64,000 bases of DNA from Candidatus Omnitrophota bacterium (lineage in GTDB: Bacteria; Omnitrophota; Gorgyraeia; 2-01-FULL-45-10). Made by a program: the position numbers and the translations under genes. Every line of letters starts with the position of its first letter. The first letter of the stretch is position 1. The stretch is taken from the NCBI GenBank assembly GCA_020057115.1, contig JAGVGJ010000003.1, forward strand, positions 100,528 to 164,527, in the 5' to 3' direction. Positions 28,569 to 38,184 of the stretch are shown in pieces. The notes beneath the pieces were generated by a model, which worked only from the letters and a program-made list of their open reading frames with translations, made no database searches and was not told the DNA's origin.

Positions 28569-29987
28569 CTATACCGCAACCCTGTTCTTGCCGGCGGCCT
28601 TTGCGCTGGCAAGCGCGTCTATCGCTTTCTTGAAAAGTTCTTCCTTGGTCGAGCCGTCTATCGGATTCTCGCTGACACCCACGGATATGGTAAAACTGAG
28701 TTTCCCTTCGGATGAAAAACTATACCCTTCCACTTTCTTCCTTAATGCCTCGGTGATCGATGCCGCTTCCTTCTTATTCTTCTCTGGCAGGAGTATCGCG
28801 AACTCATCCCAGTCTATCCTGCCGGCCTTGCCCATGGGGGTGGCGTTCTCCTTCACGAGTTTCGACATCCTCTTCAGTACATCCTCAGCAGCAAGATCTC
28901 CCTTCGCCTCCCTGAATATCTTGAAATTGTCTATATTGAATACGATGAAAGAACAGGGCCTCTGGTAGAATATCGCGCGCTTTATCTCTTCCTCAAGCCT
29001 TGAGAGGATATAATTCTTGTTGAATAACCCCGTGAGCTCGTCGACTATGGCAAGGGCCTCGGTCTTCTTTAAAAGAGCGTCATTCTCTATGGCGATCGTC
29101 ACCTGCCTGGCGAATACCTTTATAAGGTCAACGTCGTCGGTCCTGAACCTGAAATCATCATGGTCATTCCCTACGACTAGGATCCCCAGGGTCTTTCGCC
29201 CGGAATGCAGCGGAGCGGCTACGAGATTCTTGGCCCCGTACGCTACGCGCACCTCTTCGGTGTCCTTCGACTTCTTCATGCTGTCATCGACGATAAGCGT
29301 CGATCGTTCGCGCATCAGCCTCTCGAATATGCTCCCGCCTGTCTCTTTCAAGACGAGCCCGAGAAGCTTGTCATTCTGGACTCCGGAGGATGAGCGCGCC
29401 AGGAAGTCGCCGTCCTTCGGCCTTGCGAGATAGAGTATGGCGTAACCTCTGTCAAATACGGCAGCAACCTTCTGCACGGTGAGGTCGGTGATAGTGCCAA
29501 GCTCCACGGAGCCTTTGGATATTATATCGCCGAGCTGAAGCAGGCTTGAAAGGGATACTATCTTCTTGTGTATCTCAAGGTCTATCTCTTTTGTCTTTTG
29601 GCCTATGAATTTAAGCTCGGTGATATTGGTCTTGATGCTCTGCGTCATGAGGTTAATGGATTCGCCCAGGAACCCAAGCTCATCATCGGTGGACACGCGG
29701 ATCTTGCGGTCATACTCGCCGCTTGCTATTATCCTGGCCTCGACGGCCATGTCTACGACAGGATCTACCAGGCCCTTAGCGAGGCCAAGGCCCAGTATGG
29801 ATATCACTATAGAGATGAGCATTATGGTGCTGGCGTCTACCATGTTCTGAACCTGCGGGAATATATAAGCGGTGATGAGATACATGCAGGCAAGAAGAGG
29901 TGTGACGGACATGAGGCTGAAGGCAAGCATCAATTTGTAACGCAACCCCTTGCGCGGACTCTTGACTCCCCTGGGTAACTGTCGCAT
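28569..29987 (-). CDS. membrane-anchored HAMP-GAF-GGDEF protein with a degenerate active site (GGDEF reads DWDEF)
   Basis: TM segment, HAMP, GAF, then a GGDEF fold (…FNIDNFKIFREAKG…GRIDWDEFAILLP). SD AGGAGG precedes the ATG. Confidence 0.8.
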   Translation of the reverse strand: MRQLPRGVKSPRKGLRYKLMLAFSLMSVTPLLACMYLITAYIFPQVQNMVDASTIMLISIVISILGLGLAKGLVDPVVDMAVEARIIASGEYDRKIRVSTDDELGFLGESINLMTQSIKTNITELKFIGQKTKEIDLEIHKKIVSLSSLLQLGDIISKGSVELGTITDLTVQKVAAVFDRGYAILYLARPKDGDFLARSSSGVQNDKLLGLVLKETGGSIFERLMRERSTLIVDDSMKKSKDTEEVRVAYGAKNLVAAPLHSGRKTLGILVVGNDHDDFRFRTDDVDLIKVFARQVTIAIENDALLKKTEALAIVDELTGLFNKNYILSRLEEEIKRAIFYQRPCSFIVFNIDNFKIFREAKGDLAAEDVLKRMSKLVKENATPMGKAGRIDWDEFAILLPEKNKKEAASITEALRKKVEGYSFSSEGKLSFTISVGVSENPIDGSTKEELFKKAIDALASAKAAGKNRVAV

Positions 29988-30068
29988 ACGCTTACCTCCT
30001 TCTAGGATAGCTTTATATTTAGAATATCATATTAGTATTATATTCTTTTAAAGCAAATTTTATAATAA

Positions 30069-30097
30069 AGTATACTCTATATATCTTTTATTGTCAA
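30069..30097 (-). promoter_or_regulatory. consensus-like sigma70 promoter TTGACA-17nt-TATACT for the GGDEF-like gene and pil operon; the -35 overlaps the stop codon of the radical SAM gene
   Basis: On the minus strand: TTGACAataaaagatatatagagTATACT…aGGAGGtaagcgtATG. Confidence 0.6.
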
Positions 30098-31899
30098 ATT
30101 GGCCGCTCTTGAGACAGCTTGACCAGAGCTTCCTTTTTAATGCCTGTATCTATAAGATCCCACGGTAATATCTCTTCGGGATTGCGCTGCCTTGTTATGT
30201 AGAAGGCCGGGTCTATATCCAGCTTTTTGAATGTCTCGATCCACTTGTCAAAATTGAAATATTCCTTCCAGCTGTCGAACTTCGCGCCCGACTTCCAGGC
30301 CTCGTATATGACCTCACCAAGCCGCCTGTCCCCTCTTGAGAACGCGCATTCAAGATAGCTCCTGTCGAAAGCATTAAAATCAAGCTCCACTTTCCTGGAG
30401 CCGACTGCCTTGCGCAGCATGTCCTTCTTCCTCTTAAGGGAATCCACCCCGTCCATCGGATGCCACTGGAAAGGCGTATGCGGTTTCGGCACGAATGCGT
30501 TTATGCTGGCCGAGACATAGGCGGCCTTTCCGTCGACAGCTCTTTTGGAGTTCGATATGTCCTGGGCAAGCCTTGCGATGCTTAAAACGTCTTCGTCCGT
30601 TTCCGTAGGAAGGCCTATCATGAAATACAGCTTAACCCTGTTCCATCCGGCTTTGAACGACTCCTCGACTGCCTTAAAGAGCTTCTCTATCTCTATATTC
30701 TTATTTATGAACTTCCTGAGGCACTCGCTGCCGGATTCCGGTGCGAAGGTAAGCCCGGGCTTCTTCACCTGGGAGAGAAGTATCGGAAGGTTGCTCAATA
30801 TGTCCTGGATCCTCAGGGACGGAACTGATATGGAAACGCCTTTGTCCTTGAAGGCGAGGTTCATCCCCTCCACTATCTCCCTTATCTCGGAATGATCGCC
30901 GGTCGATAGCGACAAAAGCGATATCTCTTCATACCCCGTCTTCTCGCATGACTCTTTCGCAAGTTGGATCACTTTATCTTTTGAGCGCTCGCGCCAGGGT
31001 CTGTAGGTGGCGCCGGAGAGGCAGAACTTGCAAGCGTGTTTACAGCCGCGCAATATCTCTATCGCGATTCGGTCATGGATAGTCTGTATATACGGAACGA
31101 TCTGCGCCGTCGGGTAATACGCATTCTCGAAATCCTTCACGACGCGCTTCTCTATTTTTGGCGAAACGCCCGGATCGATGGGCAAAAAACTTTTAATAGT
31201 CCTGTCGTCGTTGTATTCGACATTGTAGAGAGACGGAACATAGATGCCGGGTATTTTGGCAAGTTCGCGGAGTATTTTTTTTCTGGACCCTGGGACCTGG
31301 AACCTTTCCACTATCTCCGTTATCACTTCCTCGCCATCACCGATAACGAACACGTCTATGAAATCCGCCATCGGCTCGGGATTATAGCACGATGGGCCGC
31401 CTGCGATTATCAAAGGGTCAGAGTCGCTGCGCTCGGATGATCGGATTGGTATGCCGCCCATGTCAAGCATGTTGAGGACATTGGTGTAATTGAGTTCATA
31501 GGCAAAGCTGAAACCGATGATATCAAAATCTTTGATGGGCCTTCGCGATTCGAGGCTATAGAGGCTTATGCTGTTTTTCCGCAAGAGATCCTCAAGATCA
31601 GGCCACGGCGTGAATACGCGCTCGGCAAGGCAATCCTCGCGCTCGTTCAGGATACCGTAGAGTATCCTCAAGCCCAGGTAACTCATCCCGACATCGTAAA
31701 GGTCGGGAAACGCCAGAAGCACCTTCGTCCTGGCGGCCGTCCAATCTTTCTTTATCTGGTTCCACTCCCCGCCGATATATCTCGCAGGCCTCTGAACTAA
31801 CGGAAATATTTCTTCTAAATTCATGGCCCCATTATACCAGAAAACCCGCAAAAATAGGGACGTTTCTAAATCTGATCTTGGGACGTTTGTAAATTCCAT
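30094..31899 (-). CDS. TIGR03960-family B12-binding domain / radical SAM protein (true start possibly the ATG at 31824)
   Basis: Radical SAM CxxxCxxC (CKHACKFC), a B12-binding-like N-terminus, and the family start …RPARYIGGEWN. Confidence 0.85.
   Translation of the reverse strand: MEFTNVPRSDLETSLFLRVFWYNGAMNLEEIFPLVQRPARYIGGEWNQIKKDWTAARTKVLLAFPDLYDVGMSYLGLRILYGILNEREDCLAERVFTPWPDLEDLLRKNSISLYSLESRRPIKDFDIIGFSFAYELNYTNVLNMLDMGGIPIRSSERSDSDPLIIAGGPSCYNPEPMADFIDVFVIGDGEEVITEIVERFQVPGSRKKILRELAKIPGIYVPSLYNVEYNDDRTIKSFLPIDPGVSPKIEKRVVKDFENAYYPTAQIVPYIQTIHDRIAIEILRGCKHACKFCLSGATYRPWRERSKDKVIQLAKESCEKTGYEEISLLSLSTGDHSEIREIVEGMNLAFKDKGVSISVPSLRIQDILSNLPILLSQVKKPGLTFAPESGSECLRKFINKNIEIEKLFKAVEESFKAGWNRVKLYFMIGLPTETDEDVLSIARLAQDISNSKRAVDGKAAYVSASINAFVPKPHTPFQWHPMDGVDSLKRKKDMLRKAVGSRKVELDFNAFDRSYLECAFSRGDRRLGEVIYEAWKSGAKFDSWKEYFNFDKWIETFKKLDIDPAFYITRQRNPEEILPWDLIDTGIKKEALVKLSQERPI
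31275..31310 (+). repeat. heptamer-repeat element copy 1 (TTTTTTTTCTGGACC CTGGGAC CTGGAAC CTTTCCA), in frame inside the TIGR03960 gene (encodes …[11 protein letters not shown]…)
   Basis: Read directly from the sequence. Confidence 0.8.
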
Positions 31900-32555
31900 C
31901 CCACACCTGTCCCTTTTTGAAACTATTTTAAAATATTTTGCAACAATTTAGGGGTTTTGAGCGTCTTATATAGTAGGGGGTAAAAAAGGTTTCGGGTTAA
32001 AAAATGGAGGTTATATGCCCAGAACAGCGAGAGTATTTGTTGAAAACGCCTGCTACCACATTGTGGCGAGAGGCGTCCAGAATGACGATGTATTCAGGAA
32101 TCCGTCTGATTTCAGGAATTATTTAAGACTAGTCCATAAGTATAAGATCAAGACCGGATGTCGCATCTATTGTTATTGCCTTATGGACAACCATGTCCAT
32201 TTCATTCTTGAATCACCGTCGGGAATCAGCGCTATGGCATCCTTCATGCACGGCGTAGGAATGTCACACGCTTTGAGTTTTAATGGAAAATATAACAGGG
32301 TCGGCCATTTATGGCAAAACAGATATAAGAGCTTCGTGGTCCTGAAGGATGACTATATCATCAATCTCTTTGCGTATATAGAACACAACCCTGTGCGCGC
32401 AAAGATCGTAGCCAGGCCTGAAGACTATGCGTGGAGCAGCTATAATATGCGAATGCTTGGCAAGAAGGATATCATTGTGGATGACATAGCGCTGGTGGGG
32501 ACAGGTGTGGGATAGAATTTGGGGACAGGAGCAGGATTAGATTTACAAACGTCCC
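31857..32555 (+). mobile_element. IS200/IS605-like Y1 transposase (RAYT-type) element with inverted flanking repeats
   Basis: Left flank is GGGACGTTT[C/G]TAAAT twice, then ATCCCACACCTGTCCC (31857-31913). Right flank is GGGACAGGTGTGGGAT …27 nt… ATTTACAAACGTCCC (32498-32555), the reverse complement of the left flank. Confidence 0.75.
32015..32515 (+). CDS. REP-associated / IS200-family tyrosine (HUH, Y1) transposase
   Basis: HVHFIL (HuH motif) and …YIEHNPVRAKIV…Y.WSSY (catalytic Tyr region). Length 166 aa. Confidence 0.85.
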   Translation: MPRTARVFVENACYHIVARGVQNDDVFRNPSDFRNYLRLVHKYKIKTGCRIYCYCLMDNHVHFILESPSGISAMASFMHGVGMSHALSFNGKYNRVGHLWQNRYKSFVVLKDDYIINLFAYIEHNPVRAKIVARPEDYAWSSYNMRMLGKKDIIVDDIALVGTGVG

Positions 32556-32929
32556 TTTTCTTGGGCTTTGATCTTTTTCCAGTTGATGAGGACGTCGCGG
32601 ACGCTTTTTACTTTTATTTTGCCGAAGACGTGAGGGTGGCGGCGCTTCAACTTCTTTATGAGCGTATCGATGACATCCTCGATGTCGAATCGTCCTTCCT
32701 TGGACGCGAGCTTAGAGTGGAACATGACCTGGAGGAGTATATCGCCAAGCTCTTCCTTCATGTGCTCGTAATCCTTCTTCTTGACTTCGGCTATAAATTC
32801 CTGCGACTCTTCCTTAAGATACGGGAGCAGTGATTGGTGTGTCTGTTTCTTGTCCCACGGGCAACCCTTCGGCCCGTGAAGAGTATCAAAGACCTTCTTC
32901 AGCTCTATAAAATTTGTCCTTTTAGCCAT
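32543..32929 (-). CDS. mazG: MazG-like nucleoside triphosphate pyrophosphohydrolase (small single-domain form)
   Basis: …LKEESQEFIEA…EELGDILLQV… The last four codons and the stop (KGRL*) lie within the transposon right inverted repeat. Confidence 0.8.
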   Translation of the reverse strand: MAKRTNFIELKKVFDTLHGPKGCPWDKKQTHQSLLPYLKEESQEFIAEVKKKDYEHMKEELGDILLQVMFHSKLASKEGRFDIEDVIDTLIKKLKRRHPHVFGKIKVKSVRDVLINWKKIKAQEKGRL

Positions 32930-32949
32930 AAACCCTTCTCTCTTATTTT

Positions 32950-34089
32950 TCAGAATGCCGAACGCCTCATGCCGACATTTAGGACAAGCCCTATCGCCAT
33001 CATGGTCGCAAAGAGGCTTGAGCCGCCGTAGCTTACCAAAGGAAGCGGTATCCCAACAACCGGCATGACGCCTATAGTCATGCTTATATTAATTATCACC
33101 TGGAACGCCAATAGCATCCCGACGCCCGTAGCAAGGAGCTTGCCGGTCCTGTCGCTAGTGGAAGAGGCAATATCGAATGTCTCTTTGATAATGAGCGCGT
33201 ATAATACGAGGATAACGAGCGCCCCCAGAAAACCCCACTCTTCCCCTATCACTGAAAATATGAAATCGGTGTGTCTCTCGGGCAGGAAGTTGAGCTGGTT
33301 CTGCGTCCCGGACATCCATCCTTTTCCGAACAACCCACCCGAGCCGACGGATATCTTTGACTGTATTATCGTATATCCCGCGCCGAGCGGATCGACGTTA
33401 GGGTTGATGAACACCATGAGCCTCTGCTTCTGATAATCGCGTAAAAAATGCCAGAAGAAAGGCATCCCCGCAAGCCCTATGCCTACCATGACGGCGAGAT
33501 GTTTTATATTCGCCCCTCCGACTAGAAGCATCGCGAAGAATATCGGGACCAACAGAAGCGCCGTCCCGAGATCCGGCTGGAGCAGGACCAGTACGAACGG
33601 CAGGGCAAGTAATATTATCGGAATGATAAGGTTCTCGAGCCGCCACATGGTGTCTTTCTTGGAACCGAGATAATTGGCCAGCGCCATTATAAGGACCACC
33701 TTGATGAATTCGGACGGCTGGAAGGCGAAGCCTGCTATGGATATCCACCTCTGGGCGCCGAGGCGCACATGGCCTACCGCAAGAACGAGCGCGAGCATTA
33801 TGATGATAAACGCGTACAAAAGATACGCCATGTCGACGAGCCTGTAATATGCGACCTTTATGATCACCGTTAAAAACAGAAGACTTACAAGCATCCACTC
33901 GGCTTGCCGCAATAGAAAGCTCTCTTTAAAAGGAAGGTTCCTGGCATGGGTCGCGCTGTGTATGCTTATCAATCCCATGACCGCGATGAATATCATGGCA
34001 AAAAATAGCGCCTTGTCAAAATCCCCGAACATCTTCTTATCGAATATCATGCCCATGCTAAAAATACCCCTTCTTCTTCGCCTCTTCAA
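32950..34089 (-). CDS. rodA: rod-shape determining protein RodA (SEDS family)
   Basis: 10-TM SEDS protein directly downstream of mrdA. Confidence 0.85.
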   Translation of the reverse strand: MKRRRRRGIFSMGMIFDKKMFGDFDKALFFAMIFIAVMGLISIHSATHARNLPFKESFLLRQAEWMLVSLLFLTVIIKVAYYRLVDMAYLLYAFIIIMLALVLAVGHVRLGAQRWISIAGFAFQPSEFIKVVLIMALANYLGSKKDTMWRLENLIIPIILLALPFVLVLLQPDLGTALLLVPIFFAMLLVGGANIKHLAVMVGIGLAGMPFFWHFLRDYQKQRLMVFINPNVDPLGAGYTIIQSKISVGSGGLFGKGWMSGTQNQLNFLPERHTDFIFSVIGEEWGFLGALVILVLYALIIKETFDIASSTSDRTGKLLATGVGMLLAFQVIINISMTIGVMPVVGIPLPLVSYGGSSLFATMMAIGLVLNVGMRRSAF

Positions 34090-35779
34090 ATATGCCTTTT
34101 GCTATCGTCGCAGGCTCAAGGCCTCCATGCCCTCCGTGCTCTAAGAATACAACGAGACATATCTTCGGGTTATCATATGGGGCATACCCGGAGAACCAGG
34201 CATGCGTACGCCCCTGCGGGTTCTCCGCGGTGCCTGTCTTTCCGGCCACCACAGCCCCTTTTACCCGCGCATTCTTTCCCGTCCCGCCTTCGTCATTGAC
34301 TACCTTATATATACCCTCCCGGACCTTTTGCCTGACAGTCTCTTTAAGGCCTATGCTCTTGGCCTGGGGACAGGGAATATCAGAATCGCCTATTTTCTTT
34401 ATCAGGTGAGGAACTATGAGATTGCCGCCGTTAGCGATAACTGACATCATGGTCACCGCCTGAAGCGGCGTCGAAAGGAAAAAACCCTGCCCGATCGAAT
34501 AGTTCGCCGTGTCGCCTTCATACCACTGCTCATTCTTCTTCTGGCGCTTCCATTGTTTTCCGGGCACAAGCCCCTTCGCCTCGTCAGGAAGGTCTATCCC
34601 TGTCCTCGACCCATAGCCGAACATCCTGGCGAATGTCTCGATATTGTCCGGGCCCGCCGCCCTGCCGATACTATAGAAGTAGACGTCGCAGGAATTCATC
34701 ATGCCTGTCGTCGCTGCCTGCGGCCCGTGGCCGCCGTCCTTCCAACACCTGAACCTAGCGCGCCCGAGAGAATATACGCCGCTGCAGAAATATGTGGATA
34801 GCGGCGTTATGCCGTGCGACTGGAGCGCCGCCGAGAGCGTTACTATCTTGAATACCGAGCCGAGCGGATACATGCCTGATATCGCCCTGTTAACGAGCGG
34901 CTTGCCGACCTTATCGCGCAATAGCTTGACGCGCTGAGCGGATGTGTTGGGCCTGGCGAAGACGCTGGGATCAAATGACGGGTGGCTTGCGAGCGCCAGT
35001 ATCTCGCCATTCCTTGGGTCCATCACGACGACCGCCCCTTTCCTGTCGCCGAGAAGCTTGTCGGACGCCGCCTGCAGGGTCTTGTCGAGCGTAAGTCGTA
35101 TATCCGTACCGCACTGCGGCTCTTTCATCCCGAGCGTCCGCACCTGCCGGCCGCGGGAATCCACCTCGATCTGGACTCCGCCGTCGGTGCCTGTCAGGTC
35201 CTTGTTATAATATTTCTCAAGCCCCCCGCGCCCTATCATGTCCCTCATGCGGTATCCGTAATCCCTCAGTTTCTCAAGCTCGTCTTCGGTTATCTCGCTG
35301 AGATACCCGAAGATATGACTTCCCGAACGGCCCATTACATAATCACGTATCGAACGCGTCTCTATGACAAGGCCGGGCACGTCAAAACTTGCCTCCTCGA
35401 GCATTATGGCCTTATCCTTGGGAACATCTTCGACAATAGTGGCCGGGGCATACGGCTTGCGGCGCGCCGTCTCGAGAGCGTCTATGACATCCCCCTCGGG
35501 GATGCCCAGCGACTGGGAGAGGGCGTTGACAAGCTTCGTCTGGGACCTTATCTCCTGGTAGACGACGGCTACATTAAAAGAGAGCCTGCTGCCCACGAGC
35601 AATTCGCCGTTGCGGTCGAACATATTGCCGCGCGGCCCGTCGATCGGTATTATCCTTATGGCATTATTCCTGGCAAGCCGGGCATAATACGGATATCTCA
35701 GTATCTGGGTATAGAAAAGGCATAGCGCGAGCACCAGGAAGAAGGAGAATATGGATATAACGATCGCGCGGTCTCTCAT
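34058..35779 (-). CDS. mrdA: penicillin-binding protein 2 (elongasome transpeptidase)
   Basis: PBP dimerisation domain plus transpeptidase motifs (SxxK: SVFK; SGN-like; KTGT). Follows mreD. Confidence 0.9.
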   Translation of the reverse strand: MRDRAIVISIFSFFLVLALCLFYTQILRYPYYARLARNNAIRIIPIDGPRGNMFDRNGELLVGSRLSFNVAVVYQEIRSQTKLVNALSQSLGIPEGDVIDALETARRKPYAPATIVEDVPKDKAIMLEEASFDVPGLVIETRSIRDYVMGRSGSHIFGYLSEITEDELEKLRDYGYRMRDMIGRGGLEKYYNKDLTGTDGGVQIEVDSRGRQVRTLGMKEPQCGTDIRLTLDKTLQAASDKLLGDRKGAVVVMDPRNGEILALASHPSFDPSVFARPNTSAQRVKLLRDKVGKPLVNRAISGMYPLGSVFKIVTLSAALQSHGITPLSTYFCSGVYSLGRARFRCWKDGGHGPQAATTGMMNSCDVYFYSIGRAAGPDNIETFARMFGYGSRTGIDLPDEAKGLVPGKQWKRQKKNEQWYEGDTANYSIGQGFFLSTPLQAVTMMSVIANGGNLIVPHLIKKIGDSDIPCPQAKSIGLKETVRQKVREGIYKVVNDEGGTGKNARVKGAVVAGKTGTAENPQGRTHAWFSGYAPYDNPKICLVVFLEHGGHGGLEPATIAKGIFEEAKKKGYF

Positions 35780-36288
35780 AAGAACTGCTGGGCGTCGGCC
35801 AGGCCGTAGATCTCTATAAGCTTCGGGAATAACGGCATGGCGACTATCGCCGTGTATATGCCGGCGGGTATTATCGAGCTCCCCAGATAATCGAAGAGGC
35901 TCAAGTTGACGAATTTCAGGACCGAAGACGCTAAGACATAGTGCAGGACCATCGAAAATACGGAGAATGAGAATACGAGAGTCGCCTGCGTCGCCATGGA
36001 CTCCCTGTAGAATTTCGTATTCAAGATCCCTGCGAGAAGACCCGTGATGCCCAGGACGAACATGTTGACGCCGAATATGTCGAAGGCAAATATATCCTTT
36101 AAAAGCCCGGCAATGATCCCGACCTCAAGCCCCATCCTCGCACCCAGAAAGAGCCCGAAGAATATTACCAGAAGGAGCAAAAGATCCGGCTTCGCGCCGA
36201 ATATCCTGAAATAATGGAGCACTGTCATGTGCACGACAAGCGCCAGAAGAAGAGCCGAATATATCTGGAGCCTCGTTACTTTATGCAC
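35776..36288 (-). CDS. mreD: rod shape-determining protein MreD
   Basis: Small polytopic membrane protein after mreC. Confidence 0.75.
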   Translation of the reverse strand: MHKVTRLQIYSALLLALVVHMTVLHYFRIFGAKPDLLLLLVIFFGLFLGARMGLEVGIIAGLLKDIFAFDIFGVNMFVLGITGLLAGILNTKFYRESMATQATLVFSFSVFSMVLHYVLASSVLKFVNLSLFDYLGSSIIPAGIYTAIVAMPLFPKLIEIYGLADAQQFL

Positions 36289-37055
36289 AGAACCTCTTCG
36301 ATCTTTGAAAGCTCCTGAGCCGGATCCACGATCGCATACTTGTATAACCTGCCCGGCTCCTTACCCACTTTTACGACATCCCCGACCACGACATCTTTCG
36401 GGAACGCGCTGCCGAAACCGGCCGTTATGACCCTGTCCCCCTTCTTGACGTCGGAGTCGAGCGCGATATATATCATCTTGCACTTCCCGTCAGGCCTTCC
36501 GACCAGTATGCCGCCATGACGGTTCCTGAGAATGAGGACTCCCACCTTGGAGTTCGGATCATTGATCAGCATGACTTTCGATGAACGCCGCCCGACCTCT
36601 ACGACCCTCCCGACAAGACCTTTTGTGGCGAGGACGGCCTTATACTGTTTCAATCCGGCATTCGCGCCTTTATCGATTATGAGGGAATTCGACCAATTGG
36701 ACGGATCGCGGCCTATCACCTGGGCGGGCACTGTAGTATACGGGACTATCTTCCTGAAATCGAGCAGATCCCTTAAGCGCTGGTTCTCTTCCTGGACTAT
36801 CTTGGACTCTTCGAGCCTGGTGTTTAAGAGCTCGATCTGTTCCCTTAAGGCCTTGTTCTGGGCTTTATATCCCGAGAACGGGATAAGACGGCCGAACCAG
36901 AGAAGCGTATTATGGGATGAGCCGAGGATCCCGGCGCCCAGCTCTGTCACTTTGGTCCTTAGAGGGCTTGGGGTAGTTTTAGAATTGATGACGATAAGAA
37001 GCAGGATGGAAAATACCGCGAGGACCTTGAGTGTGTTCTTGTTTTGACCGCGCAC
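36276..37055 (-). CDS. mreC: rod shape-determining protein MreC
   Basis: Coiled-coil followed by beta domains, in the conserved position. Confidence 0.85.
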   Translation of the reverse strand: MRGQNKNTLKVLAVFSILLLIVINSKTTPSPLRTKVTELGAGILGSSHNTLLWFGRLIPFSGYKAQNKALREQIELLNTRLEESKIVQEENQRLRDLLDFRKIVPYTTVPAQVIGRDPSNWSNSLIIDKGANAGLKQYKAVLATKGLVGRVVEVGRRSSKVMLINDPNSKVGVLILRNRHGGILVGRPDGKCKMIYIALDSDVKKGDRVITAGFGSAFPKDVVVGDVVKVGKEPGRLYKYAIVDPAQELSKIEEVLCIK

Positions 37056-37073
37056 ATCAACCGTCTTGGTGGC

Positions 37074-38147
37074 TTATCTTTCAAGCCTTGGCGTTACAAT
37101 GACCTTCTTCAAATATTTGATCTCGCTTAAGACTTTACCGGTGCCAAGAGCTACGGCAGTCATGGGGTCTTCGGCCAGGTGGACCGGAAGGCCTGTCTGC
37201 TCGGAGATAAGCTTGTCGATCCCTCTCAACAGGGATCCGCCGCCGGCAAGCACTATCCCTTTATCTATGAGATCCGAGGAGAGCTCCGGAGGCGTCCTTT
37301 CCAGCGTTATCCTGACAGCTTCAAGTATCTGCGAGATGGGCTCATGCATCGCTGCCCTTATCTCTTCGCTCGTCACGGTAACGGGTTTCGGCAATCCTGC
37401 GACCAGATCGCGCCCCTTGACCTGGAGCTTGAGTTCCTCGTCCAGCGGATAGACCGAGCCGATCTTGATCTTTATCTCTTCGGCTGTCCTCTCTCCTATC
37501 ATGAGGTTGTAGTTCTTCTTCATGTAATTGATAATCGCCTCGTCGAGCTCGTCGCCGCCCACCCTGACCGACTTTGAGAATACCACGCCGGCCAGAGATA
37601 TGACCGCCATCTCGGTCGTGCCGCCGCCTATATCTATTATCATGTTGCCGGAAGGTTCCTGGATAGGAAGGCCGACGCCTATCGCGGCCGCCATCGGCTC
37701 TTCTATCATGAATACTTCCCTTGCGCCCGCATGCAAGGCTGAATCCTTGACCGCCCTCTTCTCGACCTCCGTAATGCCTGAAGGTATCGCTATAACTATC
37801 CTCGGGCGGACAAGCCGCTTCGATTTATTGACCTTCTGTATGAAATAACGCAGCATCGCTTCGGATATCTCAAAATCTGTTATTACGCCGTGCCTCATCG
37901 GCCTTATGGCCACGATGTTACCGGGCGTGCGGCCCAGCATGCGCTTGGCCTCATCTCCTACCGCAAGAACGTTCGAAGTCCCGGCCTGAACGGCCACGAC
38001 CGAAGGCTCGCAAAGCACTATTCCCTGATTTTTGAGATATACGAGGGTGTTGGCAGTCCCGAGGTCGATGCCCATGTCATTGGAGAAGAGCCCCATCACA
38101 TCGTTATACGCTTTGGTGGAAACGTTGATCGCCTGCTGCAGGTTCAT
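37074..38147 (-). CDS. mreB: rod shape-determining actin homolog MreB
   Basis: …[13 protein letters not shown]… plus actin-fold motifs. Confidence 0.95.
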   Translation of the reverse strand: MNLQQAINVSTKAYNDVMGLFSNDMGIDLGTANTLVYLKNQGIVLCEPSVVAVQAGTSNVLAVGDEAKRMLGRTPGNIVAIRPMRHGVITDFEISEAMLRYFIQKVNKSKRLVRPRIVIAIPSGITEVEKRAVKDSALHAGAREVFMIEEPMAAAIGVGLPIQEPSGNMIIDIGGGTTEMAVISLAGVVFSKSVRVGGDELDEAIINYMKKNYNLMIGERTAEEIKIKIGSVYPLDEELKLQVKGRDLVAGLPKPVTVTSEEIRAAMHEPISQILEAVRITLERTPPELSSDLIDKGIVLAGGGSLLRGIDKLISEQTGLPVHLAEDPMTAVALGTGKVLSEIKYLKKVIVTPRLER

Positions 38148-38184
38148 ATCAAATCTCCCGGTATAAATTTCTTTATGTACGATT

